From Octopus vulgaris (lineage: Eukaryota): a stretch of 64,000 bases of DNA. Below, piece after piece: positions 23,631-36,268 of the stretch. Position numbers and translations under genes: made by a program. Numbering within the stretch: the stretch's first letter is position 1; each line of letters begins with the position of its first letter. The stretch is from positions 54,808,001 through 54,872,000 of the forward strand of contig OX597827.1 in assembly GCA_951406725.2 (NCBI GenBank), written 5' to 3'. A model generated the notes under the pieces. That model ran no database searches. It saw only the letters and a program-made list of their open reading frames with translations, and was not told where the DNA came from.

Positions 23631-24645
23631 TATAAATTTTGAAATGTTGCTTTGAAATGCCATGACATTTGTTATAAGTATTCTTTAAAATTGTTTTAAT
23701 TCTGTTCTGTGTCTTTTATATTGGTATTCTTAGAACATCACCCCTTGAGTATTCTGTTTTCCATCTTCTAAAGAAACTCTTTTAAGAATTTCAAGTTTGT
23801 GTCATGTGATTTTGCATTGCAAATGAATAATTTAAGTAGTATTAAGCTGAGGATAATAAGGTTATGTTTCTAGAAATAATATTGATAACACCACCATGTC
23901 TACATTTGGCACCTTCAGCTAAGACAGTTTTTGAGATAATACAAGGATTGGTGTTATTGCTTGCTAACTTGTTTGAACAGAAGCCATTTGTGCTTATTAA
24001 CAGTTAGCAAGCAATAGGATTTTAGATAAGGAGTTTTGCTAAATATTTATCAACTCTCCAGGGAAGCTGTGTAATAAAATAATAGTTCTATAAAATGACA
24101 AAGACTAGAGAAAGAAGTAAGTTAGCTAGCATTCCACGTTTTTGTTGTCTATTTGCAATATAGCTCTGAAATGCCTAAAAATATTGGCCTGGGAATTTTA
24201 CCTATAAAAGCATTTCAGTGGGATGAGTGAAAATGTAATAAAAGAAATTGCTTTTTGTGTTTTGCTAGGTTTTTTTTGTTTGTTGTTTTTAAATATTTTC
24301 AGTGCTTTTTTGTTTTACCAGCTACATTTTAAATAGTTTGAGGCTTAGCTATAACATTAAAGTACCTTAAAATAGAAGCCATTATAACACTTAAGCAAGA
24401 AAGAAATAGCTTTCATTCTAAATGAGGTTATGGTTTGAAACATCATCAATGTCATAATATGTCGTTTAGCCTCAGGTCAGCCCTGACCAAACAGAAACCT
24501 CTGATCAAAGTACAGCCAGGCCTTGGCACTTTCATTCTTTTTCAGCATTGTGTACCTTAGATCCATTATCCAGTGTGTACTTTTTGTTTTAAGACAGTAG
24601 TATGTGATTTGAGGAAAATTTGATTGCTATTTCTAGTAGGCGTTT

Positions 24646-24952
24646 CCTGTGTGATAAAAAGTTTTTTCCCAACCACACGGTTCCAAGTTCAGCCCCACTG
24701 CATGGTACCTTGGGCAAGTGTCTTCTACTATAGCCTAGGGGTAACCAAAGCCTTATGGATGGATTTGGTAGACAGAAACTGAAAGAGGACTGCCATGTGT
24801 ATATGTCATTGTCCTCCACCACTGATTGACAACTTGTGGTTCAGCAAAAGCGACTGTTAGAATAAGTACTGGGGCCAATTCATTTGACTAAAAACTCTTA
24901 AAGGCAGTGCCCCAGCATGGCCACAGTCTAATGACTGCAATAAGTAAAAGAT
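24646..24952 (+). mobile_element. Family-A SINE
   Basis: Family-A head, body and tail. Confidence 0.8.
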
Positions 24953-25330
24953 CAAATGACCACCTTCTCTTATGATGGCGTATATTTTCTCTACAACATA
25001 TTGGTGTCTATTGCAATGTTTCATCATTTCTCTATGAAGCTAACATTCCTGGAATCTAACATCACCACTTCTTCCTCAGCTTATTTGTGCTTTGCCTTAT
25101 GGGCAGTTTGACATCACATATCTAACCTAACAGCTCCTGTCCACTTCATTTCTCTCCAAACTCTTCAGACCTAATGCATCAATCTTTTGTTACCAAATTT
25201 CTATCGACACACATCGCCTTTATTTCAAATTTTGAAAATAAAGAAGAATTTAGCCAAATAACTTTTCATTGTTAAGCTGGTGTTTGGAACATAAACCAGC
25301 ATGAAAATTTAATGAGAGGTTTTAATTTAA

Positions 25331-25551
25331 CCCTGTAGCATTCAGATTACTCTGTCAAATGTAATACATATTTATTCACATTGATTTGAATTAATCATGC
25401 ATTATTGTGTAGCTTCGAGATTTAAATGATGTAATTGCTTATGTTTTGAATGACATTGTTAGGTACAAGTAAGAGGCCAAATTTGGCTGATTTGAATATA
25501 AAATGGATATAAAATTTTGTACCAGATATGTTTGGTTTAAATGCTAAAGAG
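25331..25551. mobile_element. piggyBac-type MITE family 2
   Basis: TTAA|CCCTGTAGCATT...AATGCTAAAGAG|TTAA; relics also at ~21170-21360, 34990, 45650, 46570-46780, 58790-59010 and 60345-60570. Confidence 0.75.
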
Positions 25552-27356
25552 TTAAATCACTTCAAAACAGGAAGTTTGTTTCATAGAACCAAGGCAGGTG
25601 CTCTCAAAAGACTTGAGGCTATGAAGATGGTTCATCTGTTGAACATCACATTAGTTTGGGAACAGACTTGTATTACTGTAACACTCATTTAAAAAGACTA
25701 TGAAGAAAAAGAAATAATGCTTTTTTTATATAGCACCTTGATTTTAGGATTTCAACTCTGTTGTGGAGGGTGGGTTTTTTGCCAGTTAACCTAGACTGGC
25801 ACTTTATTTATGAACACTGGAAGTGCAAGAGGCAAAGTTAACTTCATCAGAATTTGAAGTGAGAACTCAAGATGCTGAAATAGTTCTATAACGTAGAGGA
25901 GAGAAAACAAAAACCTCTGATCACTTTATGAATTTGGAACAGAGCAGAGTCACATGGAAATAGATTGTATTTAGACTCAGTTAATTTATTGTGATAAAAA
26001 AACCTGAAAATTTTTTTCTTCTTAGTTGATGTGTTTTGGAGATATTGAAATATTATGTTAACAAGCCATACAATATTGCTTTCAGGTTTTGGCACAAGGC
26101 CAGCTGGTTCAGCAGGTGAGGGTAAGTCAATTACATCGACCCCACTTATTATTATCAATGCTGAAAGATGAAAAGCAAAGTTGACCTCAGCAGAATTTGT
26201 ATTCAGAATGCAGAGGTCGACGAAATGCCACTAATTCTTTTGCCCGGCGTGCTAATAATTCTACCAGCTCACTGCCTTAACATGCCATACAATATTAAAT
26301 AGTAGTGTGCATATACTAATCCTCAAGGTTTGATAAGTTTCTGCTATATTTAGTGTATTCTGCATGCATCTCGAATTTCATGCATTCATTAAGTCTGTTA
26401 AATTAAAACACTCTACTTAGTTATTTCTTCAAAACTGCTTTCTCAAACAGCTGTTATTTCCTGTTGATTCTTGAATCTTACAAATGAAGCTATAATTTTA
26501 CGGGAAGCTTGACCTCCTCTCAAATAGGGTTGTATGAAACATTTCATAAAAGGTTAAAATAAAAATAAATAAAATTTCAGACAATTTGTAATAATGTTTG
26601 TTTTATTGAATTGCTTATCTTATGAATTGTGACTAATCAGCAGATAAAAATATAAGTAATTTCTTTTAAACTTTTATTTGTCATAAAGAATTAATTGTTA
26701 AGAGAAAAAAAACATCTATTTTGTAAAAGAAAATTTAATTTTTTTGATGTTATAAATTGTATCATCACCAGCACTACTATCAATACCACCATCATCATCG
26801 TTATTAATTGCACATATTTCCAGTTTATTAATACAATTACTCTTCTCTATTGTGTTAGTGGACAGGAAGCTAATGTCAAAAGTAAATTGACTTCACAGTT
26901 ACTCAACTTCCTCTCAGTAACTGTAAAGCTGATATTTTAGCTAACTCTTCTACACTTTCTTCCTATTCTCTCTTTATAGATTGGCTAATTGGTTCATAAA
27001 TGTTTTTTCTTTTCCACAAATGTGAATGAACCAGTATGTTCCCTTCATCCCTTCATCAACAAACCCTTATTTAAGTTGACATTTATAGTCATGACTGATA
27101 GGCCACCCTTTTGAAACCAACCCAGTTGATATAGCTTTGTACCATTAAAAAAAAACAAAAATCACATTTTAAATAAAAACCTCACATCTCAATTTGATGT
27201 AAAAACCTCTTGTTGATTTATGTTCTAAACACTAGCTTAATAATTCTTTCTACCATAGGCACAAAATCTGAAATTTTAGGGCAAAAGGCTATTATCCAAT
27301 TACTTGGACCCCAGTACTCAGCTGGTACTTATTTTATTTACCTGAAAAGAATCAAA

Positions 27357-27463
27357 GCCACAACTTTCTCTCACTCTTTCTTCTGTTGGCTTCGCCACAA
27401 CTTTCTCTCACTCTTTCTTCTGTTGGCTTTGCCACAACTTTCTCTCACTCTTTCTTCTGTTGG
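27357..27463. repeat. Tandem repeat, 3 x 37 bp
   Basis: GCCACAACTTTCTCTCACTCTTTCTTCTGTTGGC at 27357, 27394 and 27431. Confidence 0.95.
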
Positions 27464-28672
27464 CCTGCTTGCTTAGCCAGCAGGGTGGCGTCATTTGAAG
27501 GCTAAAACAATGTGAAGCGCATTGTGACCAGCGATGTGTAGCAACATCTGATAGCCTGGTCATAAAAAAAAAGATTTGATTTCAAATTTTCGCACAAGGC
27601 CAGTAATATCGGGGGAGGGAGCAAGTTGATTATATCAACGCCAGTACTCAATTGGTCCTTATTTTATCGACCCTGCAAGGATGAAGCATTTTGCCCAGCA
27701 TACTAATGATTCTACCTGCTTACTGCCTTACATTTTCCAATCAATAATCTTTTCTACTATAGGCATAAAGCCTGAAATTTGGGCGGGGGGACTAGTATAT
27801 CAACCCCAGTGTTTCACTGGTACTTAATTTATTGACCCTGAAGGCAAAGTCAACCTCAGCAGAATTTGCACTCAGAACGTAAAGACGAATGTGCTAACAA
27901 TTCTGTCAGCTCACCGACTTATCATCTTCCAATTAATAATGAGAACATTTTGTAAACAAACTTATAGGCCCTGAGTGTGTCAGTATTCTACAGAAAATAA
28001 AGGGAGTTCTCAAACACAGGAAGGCTGTGAAAACAACTTACAAAAGATGGAAAAAAATGGCCAGCAAGCTTCCACTGGGAATCAAACCCTGCACCTCTCA
28101 AATTCCAGCTAAGCCCTCTGTACCATCAAGTTAAAAGACCCCCTGATAATGTTTTGTATTCTTATGAATGTACAGTTTACTGTTGGCCATTTGTAAAGTA
28201 TATTATTTGTTTTTTGTATATCTGTTGATAAAATAATGCTGACGCGGTGACATACAGATAATATCCATTAGGATTTATAAATAGATCTGTGAAAGAACTT
28301 TCTATGAGATGGAAACAAAAAATTAAATTAGCAAGTTTACTGATTAATTTTATCTCTTTCCAATTTCAAACATGTTTAACATTAAGAACTGATAGAGTTA
28401 CCGAACTAACATGCATCTCGTAGTTTTTTTTATCCTTTTTTATATTATTTTTAGCAGCAGGATATTCATTTTTCTGCGTTAGCATAGATTAATTATGGAA
28501 TGAAAGAAACACCTATCTTCCAGCTACGCAGACAGACAAGCAGATAGGCAAGCTGAGTGATTTGCTTTACCCAAAGAGATTGTACCATAGAATATTTGCA
28601 AAGTACAGCTTGGTGCACAAAGTGTATATTTTGAACTACTACTATTGACATTTCCATTCTAAGCAATAAATG

Positions 28673-28962
28673 ATATTCTGTTGTTTCTGGGGAAAGTCAT
28701 TTTCTTTTTGTGCTTTATAATATAACACACTCACTGGTAAAATTTCCACTTTTTTCTTTTTTTTTTTTTTCTCCTAAAATTTTCATTGCATCTTGCAACC
28801 TTTTCAATAGTTTTGAGTCAAAACTATTGAAAAGGTTTCAAGACGCAACAAAAATTTTAGGAAAATAAAAATATAAGAAAAAAAAGTGGAAATTTTACCG
28901 GTGAGTGTGTTATATTATAAGGCACAAAAAGAAAATGACTCTCCCCAGACACAACAGAATAT
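28673..28962. mobile_element. ~290-bp fold-back palindrome (MITE-like)
   Basis: ATATTCTGTTGT..GGGGAAAGTCATTTTC / GAAAATGACTCTCCCC..ACAACAGAATAT; centre TTTTGA-G-TCAAAA at 28817. Confidence 0.85.
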
Positions 28963-29284
28963 GCTTCAACACACAAACTCATATAAAGAATCTTGCAAAG
29001 CAAATCCAAAAACGGAACAATAAAAAATATATCTTATTCCAATAATGGCACTGCTTCTATTTTATGTTGTACTAAGAAAATGGAGATGATGTGTGCATGA
29101 AACTGTTCCACCTATTATTACTCTTTTGCGACAACAGTTGCAAAGTAGGGCTTGATGGAATACTCTGATTATTGACCAGCAAAGTTTCAGAGACCTTTTG
29201 TTATATTTTTATTGAAATACACTGCTTTTGTTTCAATAAATTTTGAAAAGGAAGGACTCAATAAAATAACATTGTCATAATTAA

Positions 29285-29485
29285 CCCTTTTGTTACTGTA
29301 TTTCTGTTGAGATGCTCTGTGTTTCTTTCAATTACTTTAAATATAACAAAGAATTTAGTAAAATAACTTTAGTTATCATTAAGCTAGTGTTAGGAACATA
29401 AATTGTGACTAAGGTTTGGTGGAAGATTTTAATTCAAAACTTATAAAAACAAGATATTTGTATTCAGAGCCAGATCTGGTTTTGT
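29285..29485. mobile_element. piggyBac-type MITE family 1, reverse orientation, truncated
   Basis: TTAA|CCCTTTTGTTACTGTATTT..; reverse complement of the body of 45321-45541. Confidence 0.75.
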
Positions 29486-30459
29486 CTGAATCTAAATTAA
29501 AATAAAATCAAAAGGATAGTGTACATGTGTGTATGTGTCCCTTCCCCATAAATCACCGAGCTGCTAGTGGTGATGTTGTTACCCCCCTCCCCCCGTCAAC
29601 ATATTGTTCATTGGTTTTGTGCCACCAAAGATGTGTGAAATAAGAGATCCCTTTCTTGAAAAACATGTAAGAATAACTAGTTGTTTTTAAAAAAACCCTC
29701 GAATATATAGTCATTTAATCCATGGTTGCATAGAAAATTCCTAAAATAATGAATGTGTCTGTCTGTTTGTCTGTCTGTCTAGATGAATAAACAAGTAAAT
29801 AAATAAATAATACAAAGTAAGAAACAAAAAAATAAAGTGCTGGAAAAAGTCTCAGTGCATTATTATACATGAAATAGATTATTTTTCCCTGGTTTTCATT
29901 GCCCTAAATTAGGTTTACATATCATACATGAATAAATACAGTATTCAGATAACTGTAGCTTCCTTCATGAATCAATAGTTACCTAACCAACAAAACAATG
30001 ATACAAAAAAAGGCATGTTTTATTTCATCACACGGCCTGGATATTCTTAATTGATCTATGGTGAGAAAAAGACAGAAATATGCACCATGTAATGTATGAT
30101 TTAGACTCTTGTCTATTCTTATCATGTTTTATTTCTTGATGTTAGCTCTAAACTCTGCCAACAATCCTAAGTGTATACGGTGTGATTAGATTTTCTTGTC
30201 TTAGATAAAAGTACATTGTCACACATCAATACAATTATTCAGATTTACTTCTGTTTGCAATTCTGTATACACACAAAAAAAAAGCAAGATGCCTCATGAG
30301 AAAAGGGAAGCATTATCCAAAGGAATACTGTTGCAAATGAATATTGAGTGATTTATTTGGCAGTTCTCTGTAACAAGAAGGAAATAAATGTTTTCTAAAT
30401 CTGCTCATTTTTGTATTCATTTGTTTTCATTGCTCTGTTATTGAGTTTGTTGTCGTAGC

Positions 30460-30881
30460 AAGCTGGCAGAATCATTAGCACGCCGGGTGAAATGCTTAGC
30501 GGTATTTCATCTGCTGCCACGTTCTGAGTTCAACTTCCACTGAGGTCGACTTTTGCCTTTCATCATTTCAGGGTCGATAAATTAAGTACCAGTTGAGTAC
30601 TGGGGTCGATGTGATCGATTGTCCCCCTCCCCACAAAGTCCAGGTCTTGTGCCTATAGTAGAAAGAATTATTATTATCGTTACTCTTTTACTGGTTTCAG
30701 TCATTTGACTGTGGTCATGCTGGAGCACTGCCTTTAGTCAAGCAAATTGACCCCAGGTCTTATTCTTTGTAAGCCTAGTTCTTATTTTATTGGTCTCTTT
30801 TGCTGAACCGCCAAGTTACGGAGACGTAAACACACCAGCATCAGTTGTCAAGCGATGTTGGTGGGGACAAACACAGACACA

Positions 30882-30951
<70 letters not shown>

Positions 30952-31770
30952 CATATACATATATACGATGGGTTTTTTTCAGTTTCTGTCTACCAAATCC
31001 ACTCACAAGGCTTTGGTCGGCCTGAGGCTATAGTAGAAGACACCTGCCCAAAGTGCCACGCAGTGGGACTGAACCCCGAACCATGTGGTTGGTAAGCAAG
31101 CTACTTACCACACAGCCACTCCTGCGCCTTACGGCAGCAAACTGGCAGAATCATTAGCACACTGAACAAAATGCTTACTGGCATTTCATCCATCTTTACA
31201 TTTTCAACTCAGATTCCACCAAGGTTGACTTTGTCTTTCATCCTTTCAAGGTCGATTAATTAAGTACCAGTTGAACACTGGGGTCAATTCAATCAATTAA
31301 GCTCTTTCCCAAACCTGCTGGCCTTGTGCCAAAATTTGAAACCATTAAAAGTAATGGGCTGGCAGACAGAATTATAAGCATGCTGAGCAAAATGCTTCGT
31401 GGTATTGCATTTGTCTTTACATTCTGTGTTCAAATTCTGCCGAGGTCAACTTTGCGCTTCCATCCTTTCAGGGTCAATAAAATAATTACCAGGTGAGTAC
31501 TAAGGTCAATATAATCAACTTAGTCCCTTCCCTAAAATTGCTGGCCTTGTGCCAAAATTTAAATCTATTATTATATCATTAATGCAGCAAGCTAGCAGAA
31601 TCATTGGCACACTGAACAAATTATTTAGGAGCATTTCATCCATTTTTACGTTCTGAGTTTAATTTCTACTGAGGTCGACTTTGCCTTTCATTTGAATACT
31701 GGGATGAATATAATCAACTTACCTCCACCCCTAAAATGACTGGCTTTGTGCCAAAATTTGAAGCCATTAT
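30460..31770 (+). mobile_element. Cluster of family-B SINEs, with a family-A SINE inserted antisense
   Basis: Family-B heads at ~30460, 31131, 31355 and 31585. Confidence 0.8.
30682..31129 (-). mobile_element. Family-A SINE, full length, with (CA)n core
   Basis: Ends CACACAGCCACTCCTGCGCCT. Confidence 0.9.
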
Positions 31771-32628
31771 CCCCAGACCTAACAAAGCCTTGGGAATGGA
31801 TTTAGTTGACAGAAACTGAAAGAAACCTCTGATGTGTGTGTTATTGTCTTTTTGCTTTGATATCACATGAGAGGTGTAATCAAATGTTGCTGTCATACAG
31901 ACAATGTCCTTTATTTCCAATCTTCCATGTTTAGTCATGGGGACCTTGCCTGAAAACAGAATTGGTGACTAGAAGGGCATCCAGCCATAGAAAATTTACT
32001 TCAACATGCAACCATGGAAAAGTAGATGTTATTTTTATGATAATGAATGTCTTGAATGCAGTAATTAAGTAAAGGCCCAGACAAGTAATTACCATCTTAT
32101 TGCAGAAGCAATTCCAAGAACCCAGTCTTAGGCAGCATAGTAGTGCTGCTACTGCTACTACTACTGCTACTGGAAAAGTCAGTGAAATGCACAGTTATGG
32201 TTGAGTGGTTAAGAAATTTGATCCTCAATTATAAGCTTCCTGAGTCGATTCCAGTGCATGACATCTTAGACAAGTGTCTTTTACCATAACTTCAAGGAGC
32301 CACAAGCCTTGAGTGAAATTGGGTGACTGAAAACTTTGTGGATTATTGTAGCTGTAATTCAATAAGTTCAAATTTGTCTCACACTGTGTCCCTTCCTAAA
32401 GCCACCCAGAAAAGACATTCAGTTTCTTGAGGACACCATTGCTCTGAGCTACCACATGGGAGAATCTACTTGTTGCATTGCCTGATTGACAGTGAGCTGT
32501 GAACAACTGACAGTAATTTAGGTGCCTAAGTCAATGTTTCATCCATGTTTGTCAAAGAGGTAGGCTGTGGGAAAGTACATCTAGCAAACAGCTACCACAC
32601 CTGCTCAGCATTGAGGAAACACTGGAAA

Positions 32629-33096
32629 TGTAATAAAAATTGTTTGCCAAAATAACAGGACTAATGTTGCTGTAATTTAGGCGGCGAGCTGGCAGAAACG
32701 TTAGCGCGCCGGACGAAATGCTGAGTGGTATTTCGTCTGCCGCTACGTTCTGAGTTCAAATTCCGCCGAGGTCGACTTTGCCTTTCATCCTTTCGGGGTC
32801 GATAAATTAAGTACCAGTTACGCACTGGGGTCGATGTAATCGACTTAATACCTATGTCTGTCCTTGTTTGTCTCCTTTATGTTTAGCCCCTTGTGGGTAA
32901 TAAAGAGATAGGGATGTAATTTAGCTTCAGGAGACATCATCTCCAGCTGGCTATATGACACTATCTGTGTCCTTATACATTCAAACAGATCGTGTCATAT
33001 AGCTAGCCGGAGGCAATGTCTCCCGGAGCTAAATTGCAGCAACATTAGTCCTAAACCAGGACTGCCATGTTATGTTCGCAAACAAGCTTTACTACA
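32629..33096. mobile_element. Fold-back MITE interrupted by a family-B SINE
   Basis: AGGACTAATGTTGCTGTAATTTAGCTTCAGGAGACAT..TATATGACAC / GTGTCATATAG..ATGTCTCCCGGAGCTAAATTGCAGCAACATTAGTCCT. Confidence 0.75.
32681..32914 (+). mobile_element. Family-B SINE, young, 10-bp TSD
   Basis: TSD TGTAATTTAG at 32671-32680 and 32915-32924; CpGs intact. Confidence 0.92.
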
Positions 33097-33184
33097 AAGT
33101 ACTGTTGCTGAATATCTCACATTGTGAGATTTAAAAATAGTAATTTTCTAACTGGAAATGTAGCCTCAGCACATATTTGCACAT

Positions 33185-33915
33185 CATTACAGTAGATGCT
33201 GACAGCAAGTGAACCATCTGACGTGTAGAACATATCCCCACTACAGAAAGCAGAAGAGCAAGCACGCCATTCTGTTCAGCCATGGAACAGAGCATGGCAC
33301 AGCAGTCAGGCAATAGCTGGTGATGGATGTGATGTATGTATTTCTTTATTACCCACAAGGGGCTAAACATAGAGGGGACAAACAAAGACAGACAAAGGGA
33401 TTAAGTCGATTACATCGACCCCAGTGCATAACCGGTACTTTATTTTTCGACCCCGAAAGGATGAAAGGCAAAGTCGACCTCGGCGGAATTTGAACTCGGA
33501 ACATAACGACAGACGAAATACGGCTACGCTTTTCGCCCAGCGTGCTAACGTTTCTGCCAGCTCGCCGCCTATTGTGGATGTGATGTATGTGCCACCTCCA
33601 TCTGACCTTTCAGAGATGCTTTTTGCTCAGTTCATTTCTGAGTAAGACTAGCCACCCTGCTAGGTACCTCTTTCTAGTTCTTGTCCACCTGAAGATCTGG
33701 ATTAGACCTAACCCTGAGCACTATTTGTCTATCCAGTGTCCTGCAACCCTGTTGAATAGCTTGGACCTGCCACTTGAAATACCATACTGCAGGACCTGTG
33801 ACTTCTCACCTGGTTAATTTTTGCTCCTATCACAGCCTCATTTTCCTTTAGAGTTGTATCACTCACCTTGATGTGTTTGGTGTCCCACACTATTATGGTG
33901 ACATTGCTCATGGCA
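33185..33915 (-). pseudogene. Decayed L1/Tx1-clade LINE reverse-transcriptase fragment, split by a SINE
   Basis: NVTIIVWDTKHI..TLKENEAVIGAKIN / PDLQVDKN*KEVPSRVASLTQK*..SLKGQMEVA / YITSITSYCLTAVPCSVPWLNRMACLLFCFL*; matches the post-YADD region of L1/Tx1 RTs (GAKINxxKS, LSLxGR, FLW). Confidence 0.75.
33340..33574 (-). mobile_element. Family-B SINE, young, 16-bp TSD
   Basis: TGGATGTGATGTATGT at 33324-33339 and 33575-33590. Confidence 0.92.
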
Positions 33916-34441
33916 TTAAACATCTTAACACTAACTTGACTATTGTTTTTTCATTCAGATGACACTTTTGAGTAATTAACTTTTCTAATTCATTTCGTTT
34001 TTAAAGCACTTTATTAACTCAGTAATCAGTAACTCTATTTGAATGTAGTAGTTAGATATTTTCAAATATACAACCTGATCGTTATAGCCAAAATGTGGCG
34101 AAAGTGTTTATAAAACATGTTTTATAAACACTTCCTATCACAATCTTTTGATATTAAATTATTTTTTTGAATAATAATTTCATGTTTATAAAGTATGTGC
34201 CAAACTAAAAATTCAAATTTGATTATTTTCTTTCTGCTCACACATGTTCAAGCATTACATACATACACACACTTACTTATGCTCTTTAGAAACACACACG
34301 AGCTTATACTCATATACACACTCATACATTCATGCATATACATACCCATTTCACACACCCATACACAGACACATACACATACATATTTATGCACACGTGC
34401 ACACACACCTGCATACTCACACATACTTGTGTGTGTGTATG

Positions 34442-34480
<39 letters not shown>

Positions 34481-35319
34481 TCACATACACACACTTTCTC
34501 TCACACACAAATCTACACTCTCACACATGTACACCCTCTCAGACACATGCATATGTACTTATATACAAGTACTTACACATATACACAAACTTGTACTTAT
34601 CCATAAACACATACTTACACACAAACACATTTATATACATTTCATACATATTGACACATATTTTCATAAGTACTTATAATTTATCAGAAAGTATCTTGAT
34701 AGGAGAGAAAAAGTCAGCTAAATATTCAGCTTGTTCTAAAATTCACTCAAACAAATTGCCACTTCATTGTGAGTTTCTTGTCATCTGATTTAATCCTTTA
34801 TTTTACGAGACAGCTAGAGCCAACACCAGCTATAAATCTGGTTTAGCGAGCAAAATTAAACTATAAAGAACAGCATCTGCACAATCTTTGAGACTCCCAA
34901 TTTCATTGAGCAATAATTCTAAATCCTTATTAACACAAAACTATTATGGTTACCTTTCTGCTGCAACATAATGATAACAACTTAATTAACCCTTTAACAT
35001 TCAGAGTATTCAATCAAATGTAATGCTTATTTGTTCACATTGCTTTGCATTCATCATGCATTAATATTGTAGCTAAGAGATTTTGAATAAGTGACTGTAT
35101 TGTAAGATACAAATAAGATGATGATTTATTTTCAAATGCAGAGATGCCATTAAAACAGCAGAAACATTTGGTAAATTACTCTTACAAAGCAGAAAAAAAT
35201 GTGTCATCAAACAACCATAACTGTTTGAATGTTGTCTCTGTGTTGGAAAATAATTATCATTTCATTTGTATCTTATAAAAAAAAAAAACTTATAAAAAAC
35301 AAATGTTTGTTCATATTTA

Positions 35320-35497
35320 TAAAGCACCCACTACACTCTCGGAGTGGTTGGCACTAGGAAGGGCATCCAGCTGTAGAAACTCTGCCAGATCAAGATTAAA
35401 GCCTGGTGCAACCATCTGGTTTGCCAGCCCTCAGTCAAATCGTCCAACCCATGCTAGCATGGAAAGCAGACGTTAAACGATGATGATGATGATGATG
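35320..35497 (+). mobile_element. Family-C RTE-type tail
   Basis: AAAGCACCCACTACACTCTCGGAGTGG...GTTAAAC(GAT)n. Confidence 0.85.
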
Positions 35498-35882
35498 AAG
35501 TGACTGTGTGTATATATATATATATATATATATTGGCTAACATTGTGGGATAGATGTGAAAGGTTGGAACTAGCCAGTTTGAACATGAAGCAGGAAGAAT
35601 ATTTTGGCCAGATAAGACTGGTGTAAATGTTAAAGGGTGAAGATTGTTGTTTGACTCGGGTCAGCTCTGAGAACAAGTAGATGCATGATCAAATACATTT
35701 GGGGGATGATTGTCTCATTTTATTTTAGTGTTTCCAGGACTGCATTTAGTGAACATGTCCTTCTTTTTCTTAAAATGACAAAGTCTAGTTTGGGAGGAAT
35801 GTGGCTGCTCTTTCTGTCTGGTCAAGCAATTGCATAGAGAATTTCTTATTGAGATACCCATGAGATGCAGAAATTTGCAGAA

Positions 35883-36268
35883 AGGCACAGGTGTGGCTGT
35901 GTAGTAAGAAGCTTGCTTCCTAACCTAATGGCTCCAGGTTCAGTCTCACTGCATGGCACCTTGGGCAACTGTCTTCTACTATAGCCTCAGGCCAACCAAA
36001 GCCTTATGAGTGGATTTGGTAGACAGAAACTGAAAGTATATCCCATTGTGTATGTATGTGTGTTTATCCTCTGCCACCACTTAACAACCGGTGTTGGTGT
36101 GTTTACAGCCTTGTAACTCAGTGACTCAGCATAAGAGATCAATAGAATAAGTACCTGGCTTGAAAAAAAAAAGTACTGACGTCAGTTCATTCAACTAGAA
36201 ATTCTTCAAGGTGATGCCCTAGGATGGTAGCAGTCTAATGACCGAAACAAGTAAACGATAAAAAGATA
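35883..36268 (+). mobile_element. Family-A SINE
   Basis: Full body. Confidence 0.85.

Noticed and set aside
30790-31095. Recurrent peptide 'EDTCPRCHAVGLNPEPCGW' with a CxxCH-like motif
   Set aside because: Antisense translation of the family-A SINE head
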